Shown one piece after another: positions 1 to 11,850 of a stretch of 64,000 nucleotides of DNA. This DNA comes from Schizochytrium sp. TIO01 (Eukaryota > Protista > Bigyra: Labyrinthulomycetes). The translations under genes and the position numbers were made by a program. Numbering within the stretch: the stretch's first letter is position 1; each line of letters begins with the position of its first letter. The notes under the pieces are model-generated. The model ran no database searches, was not told the DNA's origin, and saw only the letters and a program-made list of their open reading frames with translations. The stretch lies in assembly GCA_004764695.1 (NCBI GenBank), contig SMSO01000025.1, positions 5,434,862-5,498,861 of the forward strand. Reading direction: 5' to 3'.

Positions 1-430
1 CAGTTTGAAGAGAGCCCGTGAGCGAAAACCATCTGCAGCACAGCTCGAAAGTGACCTTGAAAGCATCGAGGAGCCAGGACCCGGTTGACAGAGCCAAAAG
101 CCGCGTCCCGTTTGTTTGTTTGTTTGTTTGTTTGTTTTCTAGTTGTGCCCTCATAAGGATACTTGAGAAAGACGAAACCTGGGGCAAACTTTGGAGGCAG
201 AATCAAAACCAACGTTTAAGCACGAGACGCTGATCGGGTTGTGATTACGTGCTGTATTTGGGTTGTATATATCATTTTGGGGGGTTGACACTCCTTGCTT
301 GCAAGAAGTTTTTTGGTTGGTACCTCGCTTTGATTTCTTGCACTTGCTGACTGTACGTTCTCTCGGCTGTCAACTTTTAGCCTAGTAATCTATCAGAGCA
401 ATTCGTTGGTGCTGCTGCTGGCAAGATAAG

Positions 431-2095
431 ATGCCATGGCTCGTACACGATGAGGAAAAACCTGAAGATGACTTATTATTCGTTCATGTACCAAGATGTG
501 GAGGAACCTCTTTGACAAAGCACTTTGAAGTGGCTAAAAAGTCAAAAAAAGGACTTGGGCCCTGGCGAAAATTTGGCATGCTGTATTGGTGGTACAGATA
601 TCGACTTCTCGAGAACGCAAATTTCCCACTTGTCACAATAGAAAATGGCATCTTCATTCTGCAGTATGTTATTGCAATTATTCTCTTTACCACAATTCCG
701 GCATATCACAACGACGAGGATTGTGACCCTTCAACTGAAAACTGTGGGAATGGAATCGCGGCTTATACACTGTTTTCGTCTGGTGCTATGATGTTCCTAA
801 CATCTACTTTCCTCGCCACTGCACCCATCATTGGCCGTCAAACATTTTGGCGTCGGGCTTATGCGCTCTTCATCACCTATGTTTTGTGCAATTGGACAGG
901 TTGTGAAAAGTGGCTCGTAGGCTGCAACATTAAAGGTTGGTTTGTGCACTTCACAGCCGCCAAGATGCTCAAACATGGTTCCATTAAAGAGTCCGACCTC
1001 GAGAACTCGTTCGCAATCGTTCGAAACCCGTACAGCCGTATGGTATCCGTGTACATGTACAATCGTTTTGGCCCTCTTGAGTCTTTCAAGTCATTCACTA
1101 AGCGATGGTGCAAACACAAGCTTAAAAAGTACCACGAAACAGGCAGTACGAGTGAGTGGGATGTTTATTGCCACGCATTACCCATGTTTGAGTTCACTCA
1201 CTTGGATGGTGAGCAAATTGTGAAATGCATCATCAAGCAGGAGGAATTACGTACACTTTGGTACCCTGGTCTCACAATTCGATCACGGCGACACCAAAAG
1301 CGCTTGGCTGAGATCCCGCCCAAAGTTGCCGAAGCACTCCAAGGCATGCCTCATGCGAACTCAAGAAAAAGAAGCAAACCCTGGCATGACTATTATGACC
1401 AAGAGCTTGTAGATTTAGTTGCCACGACCTACGCGTTGGACTTTTTCTATTTTGGTTACGATATCAACGTTCCCAACCGCCCCGATTTGAAACCGCCTCC
1501 CATCGAACCCCCTCATGATGTCCACCCGTTTTCAAGCAACCTTGATTTCTCTATTTACAAAGATCAGGACCTTACTGCTCTTGCTCGGAGACCAAGCTCG
1601 CAGTTCTCAGTATCCTCTTCACCGTACGATTCCCGGCGTGACTCAGTCTCTTCAGATTTCTCAACAAAGAAGTCCCCTCACGGACCAAGTACTGCGACAA
1701 GAAATCGACAGGGTTCATCCTTCTCACGCGACCACGACATCTCCGAGGACCATGTTTGTGTTGAAATGCCTCAGCAGCAACTGCAACAACATACAAGCTC
1801 CAAAGTCCTCATGGAGGAAGAAGAGGGTGTGTCACGGGAGCCATCTCTTTCATCAAAATCAACCTCAGCTGAATTGACTGAGCATGTTGTACCGGTACTT
1901 GAGAACCTTCTATGTGGCTCAGATGAGTCTCCATCATCTGGATCTAGCGGGCAGCCAGGTCAGCATATAAGTCCCATAGCACAGCAGGAGAAAAGCCCAC
2001 CTGTTCAGACATCAACAGCAGCTCGTCTTGAAAATGATGCTGAAGGCAAAGAAACTGAACAAAATGGGACACGGGCCTCTTTGACTGAGACTTAA
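431..2095 (+). CDS. Sulfotransferase family protein (Sulfotransfer_2/carbohydrate sulfotransferase-like) with internal transmembrane helices and a disordered Ser-rich C-terminus
   Basis: 554-aa ATG-TAA ORF. 5'-PSB motif FVHVPRCGGTS, 3'-PB motif FAIVRNPYSRMVSVY, C-terminal YYDQEL..V...YALDF..FGY motif. Confidence 0.85.
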   Translation: MPWLVHDEEKPEDDLLFVHVPRCGGTSLTKHFEVAKKSKKGLGPWRKFGMLYWWYRYRLLENANFPLVTIENGIFILQYVIAIILFTTIPAYHNDEDCDPSTENCGNGIAAYTLFSSGAMMFLTSTFLATAPIIGRQTFWRRAYALFITYVLCNWTGCEKWLVGCNIKGWFVHFTAAKMLKHGSIKESDLENSFAIVRNPYSRMVSVYMYNRFGPLESFKSFTKRWCKHKLKKYHETGSTSEWDVYCHALPMFEFTHLDGEQIVKCIIKQEELRTLWYPGLTIRSRRHQKRLAEIPPKVAEALQGMPHANSRKRSKPWHDYYDQELVDLVATTYALDFFYFGYDINVPNRPDLKPPPIEPPHDVHPFSSNLDFSIYKDQDLTALARRPSSQFSVSSSPYDSRRDSVSSDFSTKKSPHGPSTATRNRQGSSFSRDHDISEDHVCVEMPQQQLQQHTSSKVLMEEEEGVSREPSLSSKSTSAELTEHVVPVLENLLCGSDESPSSGSSGQPGQHISPIAQQEKSPPVQTSTAARLENDAEGKETEQNGTRASLTET

Positions 2096-3726
2096 GTATC
2101 CCTTTATAAAATAGACGTTCTAGGGAGAACCCGATATCAAAAGGCATAGCAGTAGTATGATTCTTCAGTCAAACTTTTGGCTCACCTTCATACCCCAAGG
2201 TGTAATTCGGATATGTAATGTACTGAGATTCGCGAATTTTTCATTTGACTAGTTCGGTCACACAGCAAGATGTCTCTAGGACCTTTTTTGTCCCTTCTCC
2301 CCTCCACCCTAACTTTGAATGCTGATTTTTGTAACATTTTCATGAAAAACAGGAAATCCTAAGTACATCCTAGCTGCCAATTCGTTAAATGTTTGCTATA
2401 TCTTTTCTTTAATTTGTGCCAGCGCGCCACAGTCTTCAGGCTAGAACTGGGTCCTATTCCAAGGTTATTCTTCGGCTTGCCAGAATCAGTGCTCCTCCTT
2501 CCTATCACGCAAATCGAAAATCTAGAAAGTTTAATATAGTCCAACTCTAATATTGATTGCTGTGCCTCATCTGCAGTTCTTTTTACTAGCATGGTTTCTT
2601 GAGAGCTATTATGTTTGCTTCTTCGGTCATTGCAAGAGCCCAGTAATTTTGACCATAATTGCTTACTTACCGTCTGATAAGCCCCGCTACAGTTGCTTAC
2701 TTACCGCCATGCTACAGTTGGTATGAAAACGTTAGAACTTGTATAATTTCCACCATATATGGCTATCCCATATAAAAGGTTTATCATAATTATTTAGGAC
2801 TTTTTCTTCTTTTTGAAGTAATGGAGATCAGGTAAGAAAGTGAAATGGCCAAGCTCCAAACACTACGAGTAATCCAGACGCATCTGCCGTCTACCAAAAC
2901 ATCGTTAGCTAGGTCGGCTTCTAAAGGCCGGGCGTGTGCGTCCTACTGGACTGCGGAGACTCGCTACAAGCTTGCGCTTAAAACTACCTTGTTATTTGCC
3001 TCAATTCGAAACCTCATCTAGTAAACGAGACAAATCAAAATCAAGACAGCTCGAACGCCAAGCGCTGATTCACAGAGCCTAGCTCCCCCCCTCCTAATAG
3101 TGTAAACTGGTATTTGCCAAAAGGACTGCACTTCAAACCATGAAATGAATTTGATACGATCCACGACAAGCTCGGAATGTCCACATATGTGATTGTTTTG
3201 GCTTGAGTCTTTAACCCAAGTTAAAAGATTTTAACTCAGTACTTCTGACTAATGAGAGTGGAGCATCCAAGGTTTTCGAATGCGCCTAAAAAATGCAAAT
3301 ACGTACCTGTTCGTGATATCCACCCCGCAAGAGACATCCTTTTGAGCTGCCCATCCAAGGACATGATTTAGAAATTGTCTTTAAATTGGAGGTTAGTTTT
3401 AAACCCGCGATTGGGCCTCAGCCCCATTTTGTCACCATAGGAAATGCATATTCGGAAATTTTATAGGTTAAATTCTAAGTGTTGAAGTAATTAATATTAG
3501 TAATATATCCGGTAACCCTCGAGTTGATAACATTAGATTATTGTACTTGCTGTACTTGTGAAGTATACGAAGTAAACCAAGTGGTGAGTAGTAGATTAAA
3601 TTGCCATCTCATTGGAGCAGACACAGACAGTCTTGGCAACGAGGCACCAAAACAGAAGTTTCTGTGTTTGGCTGTTCCTGTTGAATCTAAATCTTGGCGT
3701 CTTCCTGCAGATTGAATTTCGCAGCA

Positions 3727-4563
3727 ATGGAGTCAAAATACGTGGAGGATGATGATGCTCGTGATGAGGATATGGTCGCTGCTAAGCGAGGGGAGCTATC
3801 TGCAGCATCTGCCGGGACAAAGGAGCGCTTGCGTACACTCATGTCAAAGTTTGATGCCTTCGAGTCCGAAATGATCGAAGGGACTAGGACAAGACGCGAA
3901 AAAGATGAGCACGTCTTAGTTGAATTGCAACGAGAGATGTCGAGTTTGGAGCAGACTCTTCGAACAGAAATGGCGCAGCGTATTGAAATGAACCGATCGC
4001 TCCAGATCTGGGCGGGGGAACAAGTTGAAGAGGCCAAAGAAACTCTGCTTAAAAAAATTCAAGAAAATATGGAGGTCGTCCAAGAAAAGATTGATCAGCT
4101 CAATCTTCGAGTTGACGAACTTCATGCAGACTTAGAGCATGAAAAAATCGAGATTCCGGCGGATATCGAACGCCGTGGAGCAGAGCTTACAAAGCGTCTT
4201 ACAGAGTTTCAAGAACGCTTTGAAACAGAACGCTTGTCAAGATTAGAGCGCGAAAGGGTTATTACTGGTCGTCTTGCAGATCATGAAAATCAAGTAGGTG
4301 AAGAGCTTGACGAGGAGCGCGGCATTCGCGAGCAGAAGTACCAGGAACTCCGTGCGGTTCTTGAGGAGAGCATCACATTACGAAAAGCACGCACAGAGCG
4401 CTTTCACATTCAGATTGAGAAGGAGATCGCCAAACTCAAAAACGCTATCCAGGAAGAGGCCGTATTACGCGAGCAAGAAGACGATGAAATCGCGGATACA
4501 TTAACAAAATATGCCGCAAAACTTCAGGACTCTTTGCGTACAATTAATACGACCGAGGTATAA
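3727..4563 (+). CDS. SF-assemblin/beta-giardin family striated-fibre coiled-coil protein
   Basis: First in-frame ATG at 3727. About 278 aa, all coiled-coil, with family-typical segments E..RR.E, ER..RLERE and C-terminal RE.EDDEI..TL..Y..KLQDSL..IN. Confidence 0.8.
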   Translation: MESKYVEDDDARDEDMVAAKRGELSAASAGTKERLRTLMSKFDAFESEMIEGTRTRREKDEHVLVELQREMSSLEQTLRTEMAQRIEMNRSLQIWAGEQVEEAKETLLKKIQENMEVVQEKIDQLNLRVDELHADLEHEKIEIPADIERRGAELTKRLTEFQERFETERLSRLERERVITGRLADHENQVGEELDEERGIREQKYQELRAVLEESITLRKARTERFHIQIEKEIAKLKNAIQEEAVLREQEDDEIADTLTKYAAKLQDSLRTINTTEV

Positions 4564-4955
4564 TCGATTCGCTGTAAATTCTCCTGCTTTGCTTTTACAA
4601 CTCCTCATTGTTTTAAATCATTCAACACTGTACCATTGTTTTAGCCCCATTCCAAAACATTCCCGTGAAAAAAATCAATCAAGAATATCTTAAAACACGT
4701 TGTGTTCCTATATCAACAGAAGCGGCCCGTGGAATGCGGCAGGTCGTCAGTCCCCTCGTTAGGTTCCACGAGAAAAGATTAAAAAAATATTGTCATAAGA
4801 ACATGAATGATAATAGCCTATTCTGAAAGTTAAATAAAGCTACACAAATTGTGTGCCTGATATGCAGCATCCTGCTGTTCCACTCCAGGTCAACTAAAGC
4901 AACCAGGTTCGATGCCATGTTTGCTCCTTCATAATGCTTGTGTGAATGGATAGAA

Positions 4956-5870
4956 CTATTTTTGTTTCGAAGCTAAGAGGAGACGTTTATACTCGCCCAT
5001 GAAAACGAACGTGAGGACCGTGTGCGGGCCCACGCGGCAAAAATGAGGGAAAACACCCTTGTAAAGTCCTGCGACGCCCTCAGCGCGAACGATTTTGGAG
5101 GCTGCGTCGAAAGCTCCAGAATAGATCTGACGGTCAGCGGAGGCTGGCTGGTTATAGATACGAGTGCGAATCACATCCAAGGGGTTCAACACAAAGATTC
5201 CCATGCACGAGGCCACAAATGAACCCGTGGCGTCGAGAAGAAAGCCGTCTTTGAGTCCAAGAGTGGACAAACTTTGTTTAACCCTAGCATTTGCCGTCAT
5301 AACCACGGATGTGATCGTCACGGATCGCGTAGCATTAATTGGAAGACCCTTAACGAGCACAGAAGCACCTTCCTCTGCAATCATTTTACGTACTACCGCT
5401 GTAGTCGAGAGCCCTGCAATGTTATGGTGGCTTGTAGACAGCCCCCCGGCGCTCTGAATGCGGACCTTAGCAAGATCGAGAGAATTGCAAAGCACTGCGG
5501 CCACAAATCCCGAGGTGCCTCCTGCGATAAGCTGCTTCCACAGCGGTGCTTTGCGCAAATTGGAATCTTCTGTGTGGATTCTGCGTAAGATTGGTTCAAA
5601 AAGACCCAAACGAAAGAAACACTTGCTGCCGTCGCGAATGACTGAAAGCGGGAGGCCTCTCTGCACACCTACGAGGCCCTCGGCTCGCCAGGTTTTGGCA
5701 ATGCAGTCAAGCATGCCGGTGTAAGCTCGTTGTTGCTGGCTACCTCTTCGGAGCTCATTATCCATTTGTAGCCGATTCTTTGCGACCTCGAACGGATTTG
5801 TAAAGAGTACGCTCGTCGCAGCGCCCATTCCCGAGCAAGCCATAATCTCAAAATCCGAGAGTTGTGGCAT
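4956..5870 (-). CDS. Mitochondrial carrier (SLC25), OAC1/SLC25A34-35-like oxaloacetate/sulfate carrier
   Basis: Three carrier repeats (PFEVAKNRLQ, SLDLAKVRIQ, PLDVIRTRIYNQP), EG...LYKG and R.GPHT.LTF. First ATG at 5870. Confidence 0.9.
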   Translation of the reverse strand: MPQLSDFEIMACSGMGAATSVLFTNPFEVAKNRLQMDNELRRGSQQQRAYTGMLDCIAKTWRAEGLVGVQRGLPLSVIRDGSKCFFRLGLFEPILRRIHTEDSNLRKAPLWKQLIAGGTSGFVAAVLCNSLDLAKVRIQSAGGLSTSHHNIAGLSTTAVVRKMIAEEGASVLVKGLPINATRSVTITSVVMTANARVKQSLSTLGLKDGFLLDATGSFVASCMGIFVLNPLDVIRTRIYNQPASADRQIYSGAFDAASKIVRAEGVAGLYKGVFPHFCRVGPHTVLTFVFMGEYKRLLLASKQK

Positions 5871-6157
5871 CTTGGAGTCTTGCACCAATATCGAAACCCC
5901 GCGACTGTACTACAACTTTGAAGCTAGCAATCCGCGCCACAACCTCGCTACCACTGCCCTCAGGCTGGGACCCAACTTTCAACCAGGCTTATTGTTGATT
6001 GCTGGGACGAAGATTGTGAAAACACACAAAGCTGTTTTGATATTACTTTGTTTCAGATTTTTTTAAAGTTTTAATTTTAATCGCGGTCTGGGTCTTACTT
6101 TCTTTTCTTTCCTTTTTCCCTTTTTTTTATCAGAGCTAGTTATTACTGGATCTCGTT

Positions 6158-8217
6158 CTAATTGTTTCTGAGCGCCCGTCTTCTCCAGAAACGGGACTGT
6201 CTTAAAACGTCGCTTCGTAAAGATTGCAAAAAGTCGTGGGTCCCAGATTCAAAACCCTTCGCACTAAGAAGAACGGATACCCGCACACTAGAGACAGGCT
6301 TGCCTTCAATGGAATTTTCGACGTTGACGACGACAGCCAGGAGGAGGCCAAAGACACCTTCACGATGTAAGATGACTCGCTCACCCAAGCCAAGGTTCAG
6401 TATTTCTGGTTCTGGGGTCTGCGAGCTTGAAGAGGCCCTATAGCGGGGCCGTGTCTGTCCAATATTAGCTGAGACACGATTTACGCTCCAGCCTTGCTGT
6501 CTTTGCCAAAAGTCGTCTAGGCGGCGCCAGACGTCAGTATTGTCGACGTTCGGAACCTGGAAGTGCAAGCCTGAATGCTGTTTGTGAGGGCCACGCTCAA
6601 TGCGATCTCGTGCAGCACCAAGGGTGAAAAGAGCATTGTTTTTGGCACCATTTGCGGGATGTTTTCCGTGCTTACCAAGTGCACCTGCCTGCATGTTGAC
6701 AAGGTGGGGCTGGAAAGACCATGCTACAGCCCAGCGTAACTTCTTGCCCTGTACAAGCCAAGTAGAGCTCACGGCCACCGGCCTACTAATTCCATCTAAA
6801 GTGTCAAGTGCTCTCTGTATGGATGCTTTGTGCCCAAACATGCACGAAGCCCAAGAAAGGCGTTCTCGTAAACGCTGGCCTGCATCATTCTCCTGTAACA
6901 TCTCTTGCAGCATATCATGAAAAAATGCATACTCACCACCTTTCGCGAAGGACTTTTCATTGCAAGTCCCAGAAAATTCTACATCTACAGTTTCGCTGGT
7001 TTCTAAGTCCAGTCGACGACGCTTTGCAGGCTGATTGTGAATGTCTTCAATATGTTGCTCCCGCTCTCCTTGGCGACCCTCATCTGTAGTCAATGATGCC
7101 TCTTGGGTGCCAGGTAGGTGATGTGATGGTTCGTATGTGCTAAAAAATGGAGGATTACATACACTAATAACTGGACCCGGCATGGTGTCAACACTTGGTA
7201 CAAGAGCGCCAGCAAGGTATGTGCCCTCCTTAACCTTTCGCACAGCAATTCTTCCGAGGAGACCATTTCGTCGAACCAAATTTTCAGCATGTTGAATTGC
7301 AATAGGGTCCACATCGGTTCCTACAAAACGCCATGAGGGAGGAACCATGCGACTGCCAAGAAGGGGTAAAATACATGATGCACCTGTGCCAATGTCGAGA
7401 AGAAGAGGATTGTCTTCTAGAATGCTATTTTGATTTGCACTTGGAGTATTAGCCATATGTGGCTCCACTCGTGCTGTCGCTACGAGGAGGAGATCCTGTA
7501 TCCATGCCAAATAGTTTGCGCTACGAGGAACGGCTGGAACGAGGCATTGCCTTTCTTTGCATGAACTCCAAGAGAGCCCAAAATCAGCCTCGAGCAAGGC
7601 TCGTGCCACAGTCTCTGAAGCCCCAGGATGTTTCCAATTTACCCATCCGCGGTCGCGTCTGCAAATTCGTTGGAACGCAAGCTTCGTTACCTCTAGATCC
7701 TCTGCATCAGGAACAGACTATTTGTTTTCATTTCCAAGTAGCAGCCATATTTCAGTTATGTCAGTATGATTTCTCTCGACCTAAAGATTTGCGATTAAAC
7801 CTTCGTGCCTTGTCTTGCCCTAATTCCTCTTCCAGGTTACAGACAGATTCTCACTGGGCGTCCTCTTGCAAGCTCTCCACGAACAAGTCCTAAACAGTAC
7901 AAATCACATGTCTAGTTTCTCAAAAGCCATTTCTTCCTTTCGTAGTGCCCAAATTTGCTAGAAGGTTCTCGTCGAGCAAATTGAAACACATTTATATCTG
8001 ACCTTTCATGTAATCTGTATACAACAAGAACTTTTTTTACTTCTTGATGAAAAAGTTTTGATGTCACCCTGAGGAACTAATGCAACGTCGAGATGCTTGT
8101 TTCTCCAACTCCAAACTGAGGTTTGTCTCCAAACCTCCGATCTACACCTGACTGCTCTCAGCTTGCCAACACTTTCTCACTTACGCTCCTGAACGCGTAG
8201 ACACTGAGCGGGTGCAT
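6158..8217 (-). CDS. METTL16: METTL16/RlmF-type RNA N6-adenosine methyltransferase; 3-exon model join(8217-8185, 7889-7855, 7658-6158)
   Basis: SAM-binding LLDIGTGASCILPLLG, GTDVD, catalytic CNPPFF, GGE..F, QG...RWAVAWSF. The ORF-track ORF starts at GTG. An upstream ATG exon encodes MHPLSVY (cf. the MHPRN.Y start of METTL16) and ends in GTAAGT. Introns 8184-7890 and 7854-7659 are GT..AG and keep frame; the second acceptor is less certain. Confidence 0.85.
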
Positions 8218-8622
8218 GTCTTCTGCAGTCTACACTCCTACGTCGCCCCGGCTGCGCCTTTTTTCTCCGCGGTAACCTGTGGGCTTAACGCTCCTCACGA
8301 AGTTATGAATCTGTGAATCTGGCTGACCAAGTGCTTCAGGAAAGACTTTTTTTAAGTTTACTATGTTTAATCTGAGATTTTTGTTTTTAAAGAAGCAAAG
8401 CGAAAGAAACTGCTTTCATTGTAATTATTGAAAACAAACATAGAAGAAGAGCAAAGCCAAAGCCAAACCAAGAACCTAGGTAGAAGAAACCTTTTCTCAA
8501 CGAGAGGTGTCATTACACAGTTGGTCTTTGCCGAGCCAAGTTCGTGGCGACGTTCTTTTGTCAGAGCTAGCTTAGGGGCTTCGTCCAAGTCTTGATACTC
8601 CAGAAATCGTAGATTGAAAAAA

Positions 8623-9570
8623 ATGCCTGCGCTGCATTGTGCGAGGGAGGCCCGTCTTGAGCTTGTGCCGGAGCCTCGTCACGACCTTGCTTCAGTTCGC
8701 GCGGACCTCGAGCGCGATGGTGTCGCTGTATGGGATTTTTCAGACGAGGTGTCGAATGTAGAGTCCTTTGAAGTTTTCGCCGCAGACGTTCCTCGTCGTG
8801 TTCTGGGCGACGAGAACTGTCTTGCGACTCTGGCGCCTACTGAGATCCGCATGAAGATATCCAAAGATGGTTCTGCCCAGGCTGTCACATTCGAGGACAG
8901 CGAAAAGGCTAAAACCCACACAAAGTACGGCACCGCATCAAGCTCTTCTAGCAAAACTACGAATCAGGTGCTTGACCCTCTGCACATTGACGGTGCAAAG
9001 GTTTACGGGTATCAAATGCCAGATTTCATTTTTCTCGTGTGTCAGAAACCCTGCTCAAAGGGCGGTGGTGCCAACTTCATGGTCGAAGCTGAGGCAGTGT
9101 TGGCGAGTATTAGGGCTGTTCCCGAGGAAGCATGGGCCGCTGAAGCGCTCTTCACAATATATGTAGCACAGCTCTACTATAGTGTCACAGCTGCTGGCGA
9201 AGGTCGATGGGTAGGGCCCTTGGCCACACGACTCCCAAATGGCCGGCTTCTCTTGCAGTGTCCAAATGTTTTTGATGCAGCAGAGCCTCGAATTCGCCCG
9301 ATCCCGGAAAGTGAGGATTCTGAGCGGGATCAACGCTTGATTGACATTTTTACAAAACATATGCGGGAGGCCATGCAAAAGGCGAAGCGCTTCAACATCA
9401 ACGCTAATCAGGTCCTTTGCGTGGATAATCTTGGCACATCACACGGCCGCGACCCGTATGAGGATCTTGACCGTACTCTCTGGCGCGTTTGGACGTGGTC
9501 TTCGGAGTGCAACGGGCTCCCCGAGGGCGTCTCCACCGGTTCTTCTAAGCAGCGGGATTGTGAAGTTTAA
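8623..9570 (+). CDS. TauD/TfdA (clavaminate synthase-like) Fe(II)/2-oxoglutarate dioxygenase
   Basis: HxD motif in PLHIDG, PDFIFLVC.KP...GG, and C-terminal VDN...SHGR....D..R.LWR. First ATG at 8623. Confidence 0.8.
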   Translation: MPALHCAREARLELVPEPRHDLASVRADLERDGVAVWDFSDEVSNVESFEVFAADVPRRVLGDENCLATLAPTEIRMKISKDGSAQAVTFEDSEKAKTHTKYGTASSSSSKTTNQVLDPLHIDGAKVYGYQMPDFIFLVCQKPCSKGGGANFMVEAEAVLASIRAVPEEAWAAEALFTIYVAQLYYSVTAAGEGRWVGPLATRLPNGRLLLQCPNVFDAAEPRIRPIPESEDSERDQRLIDIFTKHMREAMQKAKRFNINANQVLCVDNLGTSHGRDPYEDLDRTLWRVWTWSSECNGLPEGVSTGSSKQRDCEV

Positions 9571-10336
9571 ATAGAAAAGTATCCAACTTTACGATTGCTT
9601 TACCCGACCAATAGAGATGCTGCCAAGCAGTGTCTTCACCCCTGACAAATTACTGTTACTAGAACCATTCTCAACTTGAGCCAAAACTATTTTTTCCTTT
9701 TCTTTTTTTTTCTAAATTTTAAATTTTATTTTTTAAGAAAAGAAAGCTCACCAATAATATTATTTTTTGCCAACCTATGCGCAAAAGCTTGGGCTAGCAC
9801 CCTCTTCCTAGACCTGCATACCTCACCATACAAATTGCTGTTTTTTATGAAGTTTTCTTAAATCGTGCTTTACTAAACGGATGATAATACCAAGCTTTAT
9901 TCAAAATTTACATAGCCAGTCATACATTGTTGTGAATACACATCCAATGTTGAAAAAGAAGTCAAAATTCAATTTATTCACAGCACGAAGCAAAATAGTC
10001 TACTCTTTCAAAATAACTACAGACTGACACCTCCGCATTCCAACACTGTCCATCCATACGCGCACACGCACCATTCCCACATTATCGCATATTATACCCA
10101 GACAAGCCAAGTCAGCACCTAAATTTGTATTAAAGCAAATGTTTGCGCGTCAAATAAGACCTTATAATTTGTTCCATGGCATTCTCATCGCACAGAAGAA
10201 TAAACGCAAAATCCACCCGCGCAAATAATTGCACATCTGCCAAATTTTAGTCACCGTATGAAAACTAACGCAAGTCCAAATCGGTATCCGATAGAGCTCC
10301 ATATTTTGTGTGCGCACCCAGGGGGAGGGGCTCGGC

Positions 10337-10765
10337 TCAGGCGCTGCGGTGGTCATCTGCGTCGGCTTCGGTAGGCTCAAGTGTTCTTTCGTTGTCGTTG
10401 AAATTGTAAAATCCTGCAGCGAGCAATGCCGAATGCAGAAATGCTGTGGCGAGCGTACCGCGGAACATCCAGTCACGCAACACAGGTTGCCTACGGAGAG
10501 TAATGCGAATGAGAGGCAAAATTGGCGCGAATGCGAGCGGGCTCAGCAAAAACCAGTTGATACGACGCTCCTTGCGCGAGACTGTGCTTTGCGCCTGGCG
10601 AGTCTCTAGCTGCTGCATAAGCGCAGCCTTGCGGGCCTCCACACGTGCCGCCTCCGGGCTTAGGGCGGCATCTTTTGCGTCCTGTACGGGCGTCTGGGGG
10701 GGCTGGGCGGCGGGGGCAACAGCAGGTACCTCCGGGGCTGCCGGAGAGCTTGACGATGAGCCCAT
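10337..10765 (-). CDS. Small conserved hypothetical membrane protein
   Basis: ATG at 10765 (MGSSS), Pro/Ala-rich N-terminus, then a hydrophobic core FAPILPLIRITLRRQPVLRDWMF....AFLH that I recall from uncharacterised plant/algal proteins. Confidence 0.65.
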   Translation of the reverse strand: MGSSSSSPAAPEVPAVAPAAQPPQTPVQDAKDAALSPEAARVEARKAALMQQLETRQAQSTVSRKERRINWFLLSPLAFAPILPLIRITLRRQPVLRDWMFRGTLATAFLHSALLAAGFYNFNDNERTLEPTEADADDHRSA

Positions 10766-11850
10766 GATGAAAGTTTTCCGAGCTGAGACCAACTCCAAAG
10801 GCTAAGAACTATTCCAGTCTCTGCAAAATTTTCGCTGTGATGTGAGGAGGTGTTTAGCGCGATAGGTAGAATGCGTGCCCGCGTGCAATACGCGCAGCAA
10901 TACGCGATGCTGGTCGGCAACGCGGATCGTACAGCGGAGTTTTGGATTTGAGCTTCTCAATGCTGTTAATCTATTTAATTCAACTCCTTCTTCTTTGATC
11001 TTTGAAGTTTTCTCTTCTCAGTTGCACTTTTTCTTGGCTCTTCTTAGTCTACATCTTTTGATTCACTGTGGCGCTCAAGCTACACTATAGAGTATACAAG
11101 CCCCAAACAGAGTTCTTTTGTGTTAGCAAATTTGTTCTTTTCCCACTTTCAACTTTTTACAACAGAGGTGTCCTGAAATCTCTCCGGAGATTTTGTCCTT
11201 CGGGCGGCCCGGGGCAAAGTCTTTTAGGACGCTCGCGTCTCAAGCAAAACCGCAACGCATGGACGTGAGCGTACAGTGGGTTCTGCATTCCTTGATTATT
11301 GAGAGCCTCACAGCTCAACTTTGAACTAGAGAAGTGATTATACCATAAGTAAAGCAGTGAAAGAAGTTATTATATTTCTTTCTGTTCTCGTTCTGATGTA
11401 AAGAAAGGATTGGTCGAAACCAGTCGGTGTCTCAAACAAGAAAGAAAAACGAACCCAGCTACCTGACGAGGTATGCTGGGATCTTGAAACAGTGTCGTTG
11501 ATGATTAATCAAACAGGTTTCTTCTTTAAGAATGTTGTCAAAGTGGCGTGCTGATATTGAATATAGCGTAAAGGATGAAGACCTCAGCACAGGGGTCGTG
11601 TACGACCACTAAAGAGACGATTGCAAAATAGCATGTTTCCCTCGCCTTAGAAAGTTGATTTTGAGTCTATGGATCATAATCTCGCAAATATTGTTGACCG
11701 CAGCCAACAACACAAACTTCTTGGAATTCCAACTCTAGTTCATACATGCTCACTCAGTGCTACGAACGATGTCTTCTCCGTCGTTGAAGTCATCGCAGTG
11801 CTTTGCGACATTTTAAAAACGCATAATAATACACAAAATTCGTATGGCGA

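Noticed and set aside
7700-7790. In-frame TAG upstream of the METTL16 ORF as stop-codon readthrough or an alternative genetic code
   Set aside because: TAG ends several clear genes here (carrier, METTL16, Nudix, F1-alpha-like), and an intron model removes this codon.
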